Source: Candidatus Latescibacterota bacterium
GTDB taxonomy: Bacteria > Latescibacterota > UBA2968 > GCA-2709665
Reading direction: 5' to 3'
NCBI GenBank assembly: GCA_965219455.1
Contig: OZ244744.1
Coordinates: 3,008,001-3,072,000 of the forward strand
Length of the DNA: 64,000 nucleotides
Shown here: positions 20,065 to 30,249 of the stretch, one piece after another
Numbering within the stretch: position 1 is the stretch's first letter
How the letters are laid out: every line of letters begins with the position of its first letter
The notes under the pieces: model-generated
The model's database searches: none
What the model was told of the DNA's origin: nothing
The model's input: only the letters and a program-made list of their open reading frames with translations
Program-made: the position numbers and the translations under genes

Positions 20065-20817
20065 ATGCCTCATCTCTCCGACGCAGACAAGCGTTTCTTT
20101 AAGGAGAACGGCTGTCTGATCGTTCGTGGCGCGCTCACGTCCGCTCAGGTTCGCGCCATTCAGGACGCCCTCTGGAGCGGCATCGAGGCCGACCGCGACG
20201 ATCCTGAATCCTGGGTCGAAGCCGGACCGCGCACCCCGGTGCCCGCACACCATCCCGCCATCCGGGCCGCCGTTCACGGGTCGCCGCTCTTCGCGATGAT
20301 GGAGGAAATGGTGGGCAAGGGTCGCCTCAATCCCGGAAGCGCGGGTCCCGCGCTGGTTTACCCATCCGGAGACAAGACATGGTCGCTGCCGGAACGCGGC
20401 CATCTCGACGGGTACTACACCCCAACCAACGGCGTGCCCGAAGGGACGGTCGGATACATGACGATCAACGTCACGATCTACGTGGAGGACGTCGCCTCGC
20501 GGGGCGGGTGTTTCACCTATTGGCCCGGCAGCCACAATGTGTCCTACGAGTACTTCAGGACGCACTCGCTGCTGTCGGTCCGCGGCGGCGTTTTCAGCGA
20601 TGTTTATCCCGAGGGGACGTTTCCGGAAGGACACGAATTTACCGGCAGGGCCGGCGATGCCATCTTCTGGCACAGCCAACTCTTTCACACGGGATCCAAA
20701 AACGTCAATCGCAATATCCGCATGGCACTTATCGGTCGTTTCTCGCGCAAGGACGCCAACGATATCCGCTTTGAGACCTGCGAAGACCCATGGGCTCATT
20801 GGGAGGGGATCGGCTGA
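20065..20817 (+). CDS. Phytanoyl-CoA dioxygenase (PhyH) family protein
   Basis: FFKENGCLIV, HLDG, WPGSH, GDAIFWHSQLFH (HxD...H triad). Confidence 0.85.
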   Translation: MPHLSDADKRFFKENGCLIVRGALTSAQVRAIQDALWSGIEADRDDPESWVEAGPRTPVPAHHPAIRAAVHGSPLFAMMEEMVGKGRLNPGSAGPALVYPSGDKTWSLPERGHLDGYYTPTNGVPEGTVGYMTINVTIYVEDVASRGGCFTYWPGSHNVSYEYFRTHSLLSVRGGVFSDVYPEGTFPEGHEFTGRAGDAIFWHSQLFHTGSKNVNRNIRMALIGRFSRKDANDIRFETCEDPWAHWEGIG

Positions 20818-21584
20818 TGCACCTTGTCTTCAGCCCGACGCTCTGTCCGGACCTGCACCTGCCCGACGTTCTGGATCTGGCCCGGGCGGCCGGATTCTCC
20901 CGCGTGGAACTCTTCCGCGCCTGCACACAGAGCACCCCCGTCCACCGCGACTGGTCCGTGCCGATGGTCCGTTCCGCCATCGCGGACGCCGGTATGCAGC
21001 TTGCCAGCTTGAATATTCGCAATCTCACAGGCCGGAAGGCAGACTCCGACGAGCGAAACCTCGCCTACAACCTGCGCCAACTCGAATGGGACATCCACCT
21101 GGGCCGCGCCCTCGGCGTGAAGACCCTGAATACGAGTGGCGGCAACCGCATATCAGAAGCGCTCGCCGATCTCATCGACGGCGTCAATACGCTCCTGGCA
21201 AACATTCCCGATATTGTCCTCAACCTGGGCAATCAGGCGGGGAACCGCCTCCAGGGGTTGGCCGACTACCAGACGGTGATGCCCGAGTTGCCGGAACGGG
21301 CGCGCGTTCTCGTAGACACCGGCCATCTGCTTTCGGCGGGCGAATCGATCATGCCCTTTGCCGAGGCCCTCGCCGGGCGCATCGGTCTCGTCCATCTGCG
21401 CGACCAGCGGGGCGACAAGCCCGTGCCCTTCGGCGAGGGAGAACTGCCGTTTACGGAGTTGCTGAAACTGTTGGCGGACTGCCGTTACGATGGCCCGCTC
21501 GTGGTTGAACTTGCGGGCGTCGACTGGGATGAGCCCTTGCCGGCCGCCATTTCCGCACGCCGATTCGTCGAAGCCCTTCTCTGA
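20817..21584 (+). CDS. Sugar phosphate isomerase/epimerase (xylose isomerase-like TIM barrel)
   Basis: [36 protein letters not shown]; overlaps the PhyH stop (TGATG). Confidence 0.8.
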   Translation: MHLVFSPTLCPDLHLPDVLDLARAAGFSRVELFRACTQSTPVHRDWSVPMVRSAIADAGMQLASLNIRNLTGRKADSDERNLAYNLRQLEWDIHLGRALGVKTLNTSGGNRISEALADLIDGVNTLLANIPDIVLNLGNQAGNRLQGLADYQTVMPELPERARVLVDTGHLLSAGESIMPFAEALAGRIGLVHLRDQRGDKPVPFGEGELPFTELLKLLADCRYDGPLVVELAGVDWDEPLPAAISARRFVEALL

Positions 21585-21593
21585 GTTCTGTCG

Positions 21594-21794
21594 CGGCGCC
21601 AACATTCCCGCCTTCCCGCGCAGTTCCGACAACCGTCCCGACACGATCACGTGAACACCTCCGGCGAGTGCGAGATCCGCCTCGCCCCGATCCAGGCCCA
21701 ACGCCGCCTGGTGTATCGCAACCAGCGATGACGAGCAGGCGGTGTCCAACGCCATCGCCGGCCCCTCCAGACCCAGCGCGAAGGCGACCCGTCC
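21594..21794 (-). pseudogene. Isolated type I PKS ketosynthase active-site fragment
   Basis: [67 protein letters not shown]; no other PKS sequence in the window. Confidence 0.85.
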
Positions 21795-21799
21795 GAAGT

Positions 21800-22591
21800 T
21801 CAGTTGCCAGGACTTCGTTCGAGTGTTTCCAACCAGCGGTAGCCGAAGGTCGGAACATCCGGTGACGACGCGGCGACTCCGCCGGTAAACATGCTGAATC
21901 GTACCACCCGCAAGCGGTAGCTGTAGTCGTGCGCGGGCTGGAAATTCACGATTTCACTTCGGAACGCGGCTCCATTGACGACGTTGCAGTATACAGGATA
22001 GTTATCGTCGCATCTGACCCGTTTCGGTCCCACGACGATGACTTCCTCGTCCGTACCCGTTGCCTCGGTCTTCGTGTCGACTTCGTTCAGCAGGTAGCGG
22101 CCATCGCTATATTTGTTTACATTTAATGTATAGTGATATCCTGCCTCGTATTCAAAGTTCGTGATGATATCGTCGTATGGCGCACCGTCAACCAGCAGAC
22201 AGAAGTCATCGGTATTTAAGCATTTCACCCGAGTCGGCCCCACGGACAACGTCGCCGGCGTGGATGGCGCACGGGTTTTTTCCAGTTGTTCCAACAGGCG
22301 ATAGGCGTATTGGCTGGCATCCTGGGGCGGTTCTTCTCCATTCCAGGGGTCGTATTTCCCGATGCGCAGGCGGTAGGTGTAGCCGGGTTCGAAGTTGAAG
22401 CCATCGATCCCATCGTAAAACAAATAGCCATCAACCACCATGCAGGTCCGTTCGCCAACACCGTAGCATCTGGCCAGGGTCGGACCCACCGTGACTTCAA
22501 TGATCTCAATATAACGCGGTCCGACCGCATCGTCACATGCGGCAAATGCCAGGGTCAGTATGATGAAAAACAACGGATTCTTCGTACACAT
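21800..22591 (-). CDS. Lipoprotein with three DUF4377-like repeats
   Basis: Lipobox LAFAAC; three repeats of VGP...C...C.VV.G...I.(G/N)F...(G)Y.Y.L. Confidence 0.75.
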   Translation of the reverse strand: MCTKNPLFFIILTLAFAACDDAVGPRYIEIIEVTVGPTLARCYGVGERTCMVVDGYLFYDGIDGFNFEPGYTYRLRIGKYDPWNGEEPPQDASQYAYRLLEQLEKTRAPSTPATLSVGPTRVKCLNTDDFCLLVDGAPYDDIITNFEYEAGYHYTLNVNKYSDGRYLLNEVDTKTEATGTDEEVIVVGPKRVRCDDNYPVYCNVVNGAAFRSEIVNFQPAHDYSYRLRVVRFSMFTGGVAASSPDVPTFGYRWLETLERSPGN

Positions 22592-22595
22592 TGGT

Positions 22596-23132
22596 TCATA
22601 CCTCGAAAGGGAATCCGTTATATACCGATTCAGCAAGTGCATAGATATCGTCATAGTCACACTCTCGACCGATCTTTGGCGTCCAGTAACGGCCGTGTGC
22701 AAGCCATTGACGATATCTGAAGACACGCTCTAGGTCCGTAATGACGGATGGAGAAACATTCGAATGCAATTGCCACATAGAAAAAATATCCTCTAGCGGT
22801 ACACGTGCGCCCTTTTCCTGGTGTGCGTTACAAAAGGCCCTTGACAAGGGATCTCTTAGCCTCTTGTAGCACCGCTGCAGATAGTCAATTCGAAAAGCTG
22901 CTTCTAAAGCTGCCAAAATACTCATCGAAGTACTTCGTGCGTGTTCTTCAAGAGTTGAACCCATTTCCAGGTCCACTTCATATTTCGAATAACCGACGAA
23001 ACGCTCTCTTGAACGCATGTTTTCTGAAGAGAAGTAGCTTCGTACGGATGCTTCGATGTCACTGTAATATTGGGCGATCCGGGCAAGTTGGAGGTGTTCA
23101 CCAGAAAACCCGATTCTTCGAGACCTAGGCAT
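22596..23132 (-). CDS. Hypothetical protein, HEPN-like (Rx4H)
   Basis: Helical protein with LAALEAAFR and FRYRQWLAHGRYW; overlaps the upstream gene by 8 bp. Confidence 0.55.
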   Translation of the reverse strand: MPRSRRIGFSGEHLQLARIAQYYSDIEASVRSYFSSENMRSRERFVGYSKYEVDLEMGSTLEEHARSTSMSILAALEAAFRIDYLQRCYKRLRDPLSRAFCNAHQEKGARVPLEDIFSMWQLHSNVSPSVITDLERVFRYRQWLAHGRYWTPKIGRECDYDDIYALAESVYNGFPFEV

Positions 23133-23658
23133 TCGCGACTTCCATTATCGCGGAAAGAAAGGACTCTTCTGTAAGTTCGATAAATTTGATGTTGGGTGGC
23201 CGTGTAGATATTTTCCATGCCCACTCCTCCACGCCAGGTTCCGGTTCATCCTCTACTTCAATCGGTGCCTCTCTAACAATTACACTGATCATAGGAGGAG
23301 TAGAAGCTGCTTTTCGGACGAGAACAAACTTGACGGCGCCATGCGGCCCTCTCAGGTCCACGCGCCCTCGGACGCCGATTAAATTTGTACCGATTGGATC
23401 GAAACGAACTTCCACGGGGCCAATTTTGACCTCAAGCAATCTCACTTCATAGCTTCCAATATAATTCTCGTTGATTTCCTTTGTTGCCCACGTAATTTGG
23501 ACCTTTTGCTGATCAATGTATTTCCGAAGGAACCCTTCGGCTATTTGGTAAAATCCATCCAGATGCTTCATCCAGTCATCGCGTCTCAGGATCCAGTCAA
23601 TTGTCGGCGCGGACTTGGCAATCTGTTGGTTTACAAATTCGTCGAAATCACCCGTCAT
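23125..23658 (-). CDS. Hypothetical protein
   Basis: 177-aa low-GC ORF with RBS AAGGAG, coupled to 22596..23132. Confidence 0.7.
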   Translation of the reverse strand: MTGDFDEFVNQQIAKSAPTIDWILRRDDWMKHLDGFYQIAEGFLRKYIDQQKVQITWATKEINENYIGSYEVRLLEVKIGPVEVRFDPIGTNLIGVRGRVDLRGPHGAVKFVLVRKAASTPPMISVIVREAPIEVEDEPEPGVEEWAWKISTRPPNIKFIELTEESFLSAIMEVANA

Positions 23659-24370
23659 TGTGCGCTCCTTTTGCTTTTGCCAGACTGATCACGTTCAGAA
23701 AACTCACGACGTGCTCGTGTCAGCCAGCGATTGTGTCGTTACTTTCGACACCGTGAACCCTCATCGCTTGAGTACGGAAACCCGACGGTACAGGAGAGGA
23801 TTGACCTTGTCAGGGCGCTTCTGTTTTTTCTTGAGCCTATCCGATTCTCCTCTTACAAGAGCAGTAGATTGGTTTACAGAGGTCAATCCAAGAGGTACCC
23901 CCGCAACCCGACAGCGGCCAATTCCAACGCTTCTTACCGAGCCCACCAAAAGAGTCGCGCTGGGAGCGAGGCATATTTCCTTTCTGGGCGATAATAACGA
24001 TAGAAAAAAGTGACAAATGCGCTACAGATCGTTGCTTTGAGTAAATTGGCACATACCAACGGACCTCTGGTATGCCGACGGTAATTCAAAAGTTGACAAG
24101 ACCGGGTATTCCGACATAACTTTAAATATATAATAAAATATCGAAATTCGGACAATGGCCGGCGCAAGTTATCCGGATAATTCGATGCATCCGGTATTTC
24201 GGAAACCGGGCGGACTACGACATTTGAACACCGGATTTTCGACGGTAACGCCGCTGGGTGACGGCCAAAGTCGTCGTCAAGCCATCGGATAAATGACGCA
24301 TTTTAGAAGTGTTTGGTTCTCAAACCGCCTATTCAGGGCCCGGCCCTGGACGTTCGAGGGGGAAAACACG

Positions 24371-27328
24371 GTGCGCGCGTTGTTGATTTGCTGTTTGATG
24401 TTGGGGTGCGGGACTGTTTGGGCCCAACCCGGCGGCTATCTCGAAGGGACGGTTTCAGGAGAGAGCGGCGAGGCCCTGTCCCGCGCGAATATCGTCGTTC
24501 AGGGTACGGATTTTCCGGAGAGAACCGGGGCCGCGGCGGGTACCGACGGGCGGTTCCGTTTTGCCGTTCCGGCGGGGAATTACCGGATCGAGATCACATT
24601 TATAGGCTACAAGCCCGAAATTCGTGAAAACGTGTTTGTGCAGGCGGGCCGGTCCACCACGCTGAATGTGGTCCTCAAGGAGCAGGTCATTTTTCTGGAG
24701 CAGAGCGTGGTTTCCGCTTCACGACGGCAGGAAAAGGTCCTGGAGGCCCCGGCTTCGGTCGCGGTGGTTGAGGGCGCCGACATCCGCAGCAACCCGTCGA
24801 TGAACATTGCCGACCACGTTAAGAATCTGCCAGCGGTGGACTTTGCGAAGACTGGAATGGCCAACAGCAGCATTGTGGTGCGTGGCTTCAACAGTGTATT
24901 CACGGGCACGCTGCTCATGATGACGGACAACCGTTTCGCCCGGGTGCCCTCCGTGCGGGTCAACGCCCCGAATTTCATTCCCATTACCAGTGACGACGTG
25001 GAACGAATCGAGGTTGTTCTGGGACCGGGATCGGCCCTGTACGGACCCAACAGCGCGGATGGGGTCATGCACATCATCACCCATTCGCCCTTTACCTCGC
25101 AGGGTACGAGCGCGCATTTCGGATATGGAGAGCGCAGCCTGCGCCAGGCCTCGATTCGGCACGCAGGCGCGGTCGGGGACCGGGTGGGCTACAAGGTTTC
25201 GGCCCGGTACTACACGGGGAGGGAGTGGGAGTATACCGACCCGGAAGAGGTAAGAGCCAGGCAGCGACGAGAGAAGGAGATCGCCGCCGATTTGAACTTG
25301 TCGCCTCTTCCGACCCGCGATCCCGATACCAAGAATCTCGGCCTGGAGGCGCGTCTGGATTGGCGCGCCTCCGACAACTTCACCGCCATCCTGTCGGCGG
25401 GACACAACAAGGCGGACCTGGTCGGGCTGACTGGCGTGGGCGCCTCGCAGACAATCGACTGGCAGTACAACTACGCCCAGCTGCGGGTGCTGTACGGCGA
25501 CTGGTTTATCCAGGCCTTCCGCAACTGGACCGATGCGGGCGGCACCTTTCTGTTGCGTACCGGCACTCCCGTGGTCGACAGATCCGCCCTCACGGTATTC
25601 CAGACGCAACATACGTCGAATCTGGGCGCCCGCCAGCGATTCACGTACGGCCTGGACGCGCTGATGACGCGGCCGGTTACCGACGGAACCATCATGGGAA
25701 AGAACGAGGACGACGACGACCTGAACGAGTTCGGCCTTTATTTGCAGAGTGAGACCGCTCTGGGCAGGTTGCTGGACCTGGTACTGGCCCTGCGTTACGA
25801 CTACCATAGCCGCCTCGCGGATCCTGAATTTTCGCCCCGTGCCGCACTTGTGTTCAAGCCAAAGCCGACCCAGACGTGGCGTTTGACCTACAACAGGGCT
25901 TTCAGCACACCCACGTCGATCAATCTTTACCTCGATCTGCAGGCAACCAGAGACCCCTTCGGGTTCAGCGAGATTTTCACGCCGATGTTTTCAGCACGCG
26001 GCCTGGAGTTCGATTCAATGGACCTCCGGACACAGGGAAACTACCGGAACAACGTTTACGGCTTCACGTTCCGGCGGGAAGGTGGCCGGCCGCTTTTCCG
26101 CTCGCCCTTTGCCGCTATGGCCGGTCTGCCGGCCGATCAGTACCTGCGTTTGGACGACCCGGTCTTCACCAACGTGATGTGGGGTGTCGGCCGGGAGGCG
26201 GTGCTGGCGCAACTATTGCCCACGATAAAAGAAATGGCCGTCGACATCCTGATCGAACAGGGCCTGGGCGCCGAAGAAGCCCAGGCCATTGCGAACGGAC
26301 TGGCTGAGGCCTTTCCCGGTATCGTACCCGAGCGATTGACAGGTCTGCGCAATGTCATGGGCCGGTTGAACATCGCGGCGGAGCCGCTCGGTGAAGCGCC
26401 CGATGAAAATCGACAGCCGTTCTTCTTTGTTGAGTCGAACGGCGCCACGCCTGTTACGGCCTATGACGTTCCGCGCATCCAGTCCGCCATTACGAGGACA
26501 ATCGAATTCGGCTACAAGGGCGTCGTGGCCGACAAACTCGTCGTGGCCGCGGATCTGTATCAGTCCAGAATCGAAAATTACGTGGGCTCGGTTTCGGTGG
26601 AAACCCCCAACGTCTTTCTCGAACCGGAGAGTCTGGCCGCGGCTCTGAATCGGGGATTCGAACAGACGCTGTCCGATCCGGCCAATGCGCTAATCGCCGC
26701 CGGCTTGCAGGTAGTGGACGAGGTGCAGGTGCCAGGTCTCCTGGAGGGCAACAGGAACGGTTCACCGGTGGACGAACTTACTGCCATCTTTGTGGCCGGG
26801 GCGGCCGCGATTCCATACGGCACGGTGACGCCCGAGCAGGCGTCCGATCCCTACGCGATGGTGTTGACATACCGCAATTATGAAGATGTCTCCATCCACG
26901 GATTGGATCTGAGCCTGGCCTACTATCCGACATCGCAATGGAGGCTAACTGGCAACTACTCCTTTGTAAATGAAAATTTCTTTGAGAACCTGAAATACAC
27001 CCATGTCCCGGGGAGCGGCGATATCGCGCTGAATGCGCCCCGGCACAAGTTCAAATTCGGGTCGTCGTACGACTTCTCCCGGATGGGGCTGGGGGTCGGC
27101 GGCGCGTTGCGCTTCACTGGTTCCTTTCCCATGCAGTCGGGGGTGTACGTGGGCGACGTGGATGCCTATACGGTTCTTGACCTGACGCTGAACTATCGGT
27201 TGCCCGTCGAAAGAAATCTGGTTTTCCACGTCGACGGGAGCAACGTCCTGAATACGCCCTACCGATCGTTCATCGGCGCCCCGGAGGTGGGCCGCCTCGT
27301 CTTCAGCCAGGTCAGCCTGCGCTTCTGA
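24371..27328 (+). CDS. TonB-dependent receptor with N-terminal carboxypeptidase-regulatory-like domain
   Basis: Signal peptide; YRIEITFIGY; plug VVSASRR, VERIEVVLGPGSALYGPNS; C-terminal Phe. GTG start chosen. Confidence 0.92.
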   Translation: MRALLICCLMLGCGTVWAQPGGYLEGTVSGESGEALSRANIVVQGTDFPERTGAAAGTDGRFRFAVPAGNYRIEITFIGYKPEIRENVFVQAGRSTTLNVVLKEQVIFLEQSVVSASRRQEKVLEAPASVAVVEGADIRSNPSMNIADHVKNLPAVDFAKTGMANSSIVVRGFNSVFTGTLLMMTDNRFARVPSVRVNAPNFIPITSDDVERIEVVLGPGSALYGPNSADGVMHIITHSPFTSQGTSAHFGYGERSLRQASIRHAGAVGDRVGYKVSARYYTGREWEYTDPEEVRARQRREKEIAADLNLSPLPTRDPDTKNLGLEARLDWRASDNFTAILSAGHNKADLVGLTGVGASQTIDWQYNYAQLRVLYGDWFIQAFRNWTDAGGTFLLRTGTPVVDRSALTVFQTQHTSNLGARQRFTYGLDALMTRPVTDGTIMGKNEDDDDLNEFGLYLQSETALGRLLDLVLALRYDYHSRLADPEFSPRAALVFKPKPTQTWRLTYNRAFSTPTSINLYLDLQATRDPFGFSEIFTPMFSARGLEFDSMDLRTQGNYRNNVYGFTFRREGGRPLFRSPFAAMAGLPADQYLRLDDPVFTNVMWGVGREAVLAQLLPTIKEMAVDILIEQGLGAEEAQAIANGLAEAFPGIVPERLTGLRNVMGRLNIAAEPLGEAPDENRQPFFFVESNGATPVTAYDVPRIQSAITRTIEFGYKGVVADKLVVAADLYQSRIENYVGSVSVETPNVFLEPESLAAALNRGFEQTLSDPANALIAAGLQVVDEVQVPGLLEGNRNGSPVDELTAIFVAGAAAIPYGTVTPEQASDPYAMVLTYRNYEDVSIHGLDLSLAYYPTSQWRLTGNYSFVNENFFENLKYTHVPGSGDIALNAPRHKFKFGSSYDFSRMGLGVGGALRFTGSFPMQSGVYVGDVDAYTVLDLTLNYRLPVERNLVFHVDGSNVLNTPYRSFIGAPEVGRLVFSQVSLRF

Positions 27329-27341
27329 GCGCAGGCGGTAG

Positions 27342-27391
27342 CCTGCAACAGAGAGGGGTGCGGCACTTGCCGCACCCCTCTCTGTTGCAGG
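27342..27391. terminator. Long perfect hairpin after the TBDR gene
   Basis: CCTGCAACAGAGAGGGGTGCGGCA-CT-TGCCGCACCCCTCTCTGTTGCAGG (24-bp arms). Confidence 0.7.
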
Positions 27392-27859
27392 AAATAAAGA
27401 CGAAGCGATCCACTGCTCGGGGAGAAAGAGGCCGCGGGGCCACGAAGGAATTTAAGCCCGTAACAATCACCAATACATCTTTTAGGAACACATTTTAAAT
27501 GGCTATTACAAGTAGAAAGATCCGGCTCACCGATCTGGACCAACTGCCGCCGCCCGAGGATCACACGATGTTCACCATTCAAGGCGGCGCGGCAGCTAAA
27601 TTACCGATAAAGCAAAACCCGATCAGATTCGCAATTTTGTACCGCAACGGGTGTACATCAAACGCTTGGGGAGTGCAGGTCCGGCCCGCGGGAGACGCTT
27701 ATGTATATTGCCGGGACAACATGCAGGCCCAGCACGTCAGTCTTCACGCTTCTGGAAAGCAGCACATCACCATTGATCCCAATTCTCCAAGTGCGGGTGA
27801 CTTAAGTGAAAAGCAATTTATGAATCAATGGCACGAGCCAGACGAAGGAATTGCGACCT

Positions 27860-29569
27860 TTAGAGTCTTACAGTGTGACTTCTACGCAAAATGCGTAGAT
27901 AATTATTCATGCTGCTTGTTTAGTTGTAGGGTGTTGATGGTAAAGGGTCAAAGACAAGGCGAGTATTTTGTGCCCTTCGAGTGTGACGCGCCACCGTCTG
28001 GACCGTGGGATTTTTGCAATAAGGCCGCGGACGTGTAGGCGTTTGAGGCGGCGGCTGGTGGCATTGGCGTGCCGAGTGCGTTGCAGCAGGGATGCTGGAT
28101 GTTGGAAGAGGTGTGTTCGGATGTCCTGGTTGCGGAAGCCCATCAGGGCGTGTTCGCCTTTCAACACAGCGGTAAACAGGGCGAGGTCGGCAGGGTCGGC
28201 GGGGTTGAAGCCCCGATAGGTACGTCCCTTGTGCCTGCGTGGCCGCGCCAGTGTGGTGAGGCTTTGATGTCCGGTAGCGGCGTCAGGGGCTGCGGACAGC
28301 GCCTGAAAGTAGCGTTGGTTGGCCGTCAACGAGATTTCCCGATAGCGGTAGAGGTTGGCCACGCCTTTGGCCATGGGATACCAGCCCATCACGCGTTGTC
28401 CTCGCCGTATGCCCCAGCGGCGGACCTTGAACTGCCTTGGATGGTTGATCACTGTTTCGACGCGTAGTACGCACCCGTGTTTGTCGTACATTTTAATCCA
28501 GTTCTCGCACATCCGGTGTTTGACTCTTGCGCCTTTGTGGCGTTTGTTTTTGAAGTCCGTGAGGACTTCGCCCTGAAAATTGCCGTGGAGTTTGCGGCCC
28601 AGGAAGGTCAAGATGTCCTGGGGAGAGAAGCACAGCACCGTGTGTCTGAGCAGGTTTTCATACAGCACCTTCAGGGCGTGGGGGCTTTGGAACATCACGT
28701 CGGTGGCGAACTCGGCCTGGTCAACGACCCAGTAGTAGTCCTTGCCCGAAAGCAGGTCGTTGAGCAGGGGGTTGACCTTGCGGGCGAACGCCGAGAGAAT
28801 GCGCGGCCAATTCTTGCCCACAAAACGATCGGCAAAGCGTTGCGCCCGGTCCACATCGGCAATCCATAGAAAAGCGTTGTCTGATTTTTCATAGGCGATG
28901 CCGTGTTGCTCGAGCTTGCGCGCCAAGAACTCGTGGCCATTGAGACAGATCTGCACCACCAGCGGGAACCAGGACTGGATGCGGATATGCATCAACCCGA
29001 ACTCCCGGTCAATCCAGTAAAAGTAGTAGCATAGGCATTTCCGTTGTGCGTTGATCAGGCGAGGCCTTCCTTCCCCTGGAACCAGCTTGAAACTCTGGCA
29101 GCCTTCCAGGGCCCGAAACACACAGACCAGGCCTTGCGTGATCCCATCGTGTTTTGCCAACCGTCGCGCTTCGTCCTCTTTCCTGATGGTGTTGCGTTGC
29201 AGATAGATGAACGGGCGCTCGTGCTTGTTTGCCATCGCCTCCGCGTGGGCTTTGATCGTATCGGAATGCGTCATCACAAAACGCTTGAAGTCCTTCAACA
29301 ATAAACCCTGATTGCTGATGAACCGCTCCATCGCAGTTCCAAATCCCAGCGGCAGGTACCCTTTGAACAGAACCCGATCAAAACAGGATACCACTCCGGT
29401 GATTTATTCACTACATTGGTCCACGAAGTCTTTCACGGCGTTCCTCCTTCCATTGATGGCGGTGGGTACCACCATCATAGGGGATGAACGCCGTTTTGCA
29501 TACCCTAAAACTATCTGCTCTTGACTACCACCTATTTGGTTGCGGCTGAGCAAAGCGAAGCCGCGTTAG
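27860..29569 (-). mobile_element. Insertion element without TIRs, bounded by TTAG, with subterminal hairpins
   Basis: TTAG at 27860-63 and 29566-69; hairpins TCTACGCA-aaa-TGCGTAGA (27881-99) and GCGGCT...AGCCGC (29542-64); exact removal restores the host ORF. Confidence 0.85.
27907..29436 (-). CDS. Putative Rep_trans/CRI-like Tyr transposase with C-terminal winged helix; TAA at codon 11
   Basis: GTG at 29436 after GGAGG, TAA at 29404-06, then a 495-aa open frame. Motifs FDRV, QAEFATDVMF, IKMYDK, LRVETVIN; wHTH GFRNQDIR...SRRLKRLHVRGLIAKIPRSRRWRVT. Confidence 0.65.
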
Positions 29570-30249
29570 GCTAATCTTCCCTTGGTGGGGAATCCAGCTA
29601 AATGCGGACCAGCGAAATCGTTTCAAATCAAAATGGAAGAAAAATGACATATTTATCGAAGGACACCGTGAATATCTTACTATTGTCGCGTTCTGGATTG
29701 TCACGCAGAAGGTTAAGCTCCAGAAGAAGGGTAAATGCCCTGGCTTCGTGCTGGGGGAGCTTCCGCTGACGTCAGGAAAGAAGCTTGCCATTACAGCCGA
29801 ATGGGAACCCGAACGCGGCTTTCAATCCGTGATCAAAAAGGGACTGCAAAAAGTTGCCCTCAGGGAGGACTTTTCTGACGATGACCCAGGAGAGACTCTC
29901 GGTATGTGTATGACGGGGACCACTGGTTCCTCACATTCAGTCTATATGGTTAATTTCCCTGTAACCCATTCGAAACGCGAACATGAGCAGCTAGAAGAAT
30001 AGCGCGACGCGGCAGCGGACTTTCTCTGTTATTCTCCACCGTCCCTGCGCTCCGTATGAAAGGTAGCGAACCAAGCAAGGCTTATCTGCGACCGCATTCT
30101 TTCTTGGGATTCCACAGGAATCTGAAATCCATTGCGTTTTGGGCGAAATTGGCCGAAATTGGCGCTGAGATAATGGGAAGTTGCATGCAGGCTAACGCGC
30201 TGCAAAGTCGTTGTTAAAAAGACAGCAGTGCAGGGAAGACAGAAAGCCA

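Larger units (their letters stand above)
27499..30002 (+). pseudogene. Hypothetical gene (about 265 aa) split by the 1.7-kb element
   Basis: Removing 27864..29569 joins ...GIATFR to LIFPWWGIQLNAD... in frame up to TAG at 30002 (365+433=798 nt). Confidence 0.85.

Noticed and set aside
21153-21755. 200-aa PKS gene or a biosynthetic cluster
   Set aside because: Only about 55 residues of this ORF are KS-like; the rest is antisense to the isomerase gene, and no AT, ACP or other PKS domains are nearby.
23731-23994. Possible FRG-domain remnant (LVYRGQSKRYP)
   Set aside because: A single short motif with no downstream QHYG motif; insufficient evidence.
27907-29394. Group II intron, retron or DDE IS interpretation of the inserted element
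   Set aside because: No YADD/RT motifs, no recognisable DDE triad, no TIRs, and the non-coding flanks are too short for an intron ribozyme.
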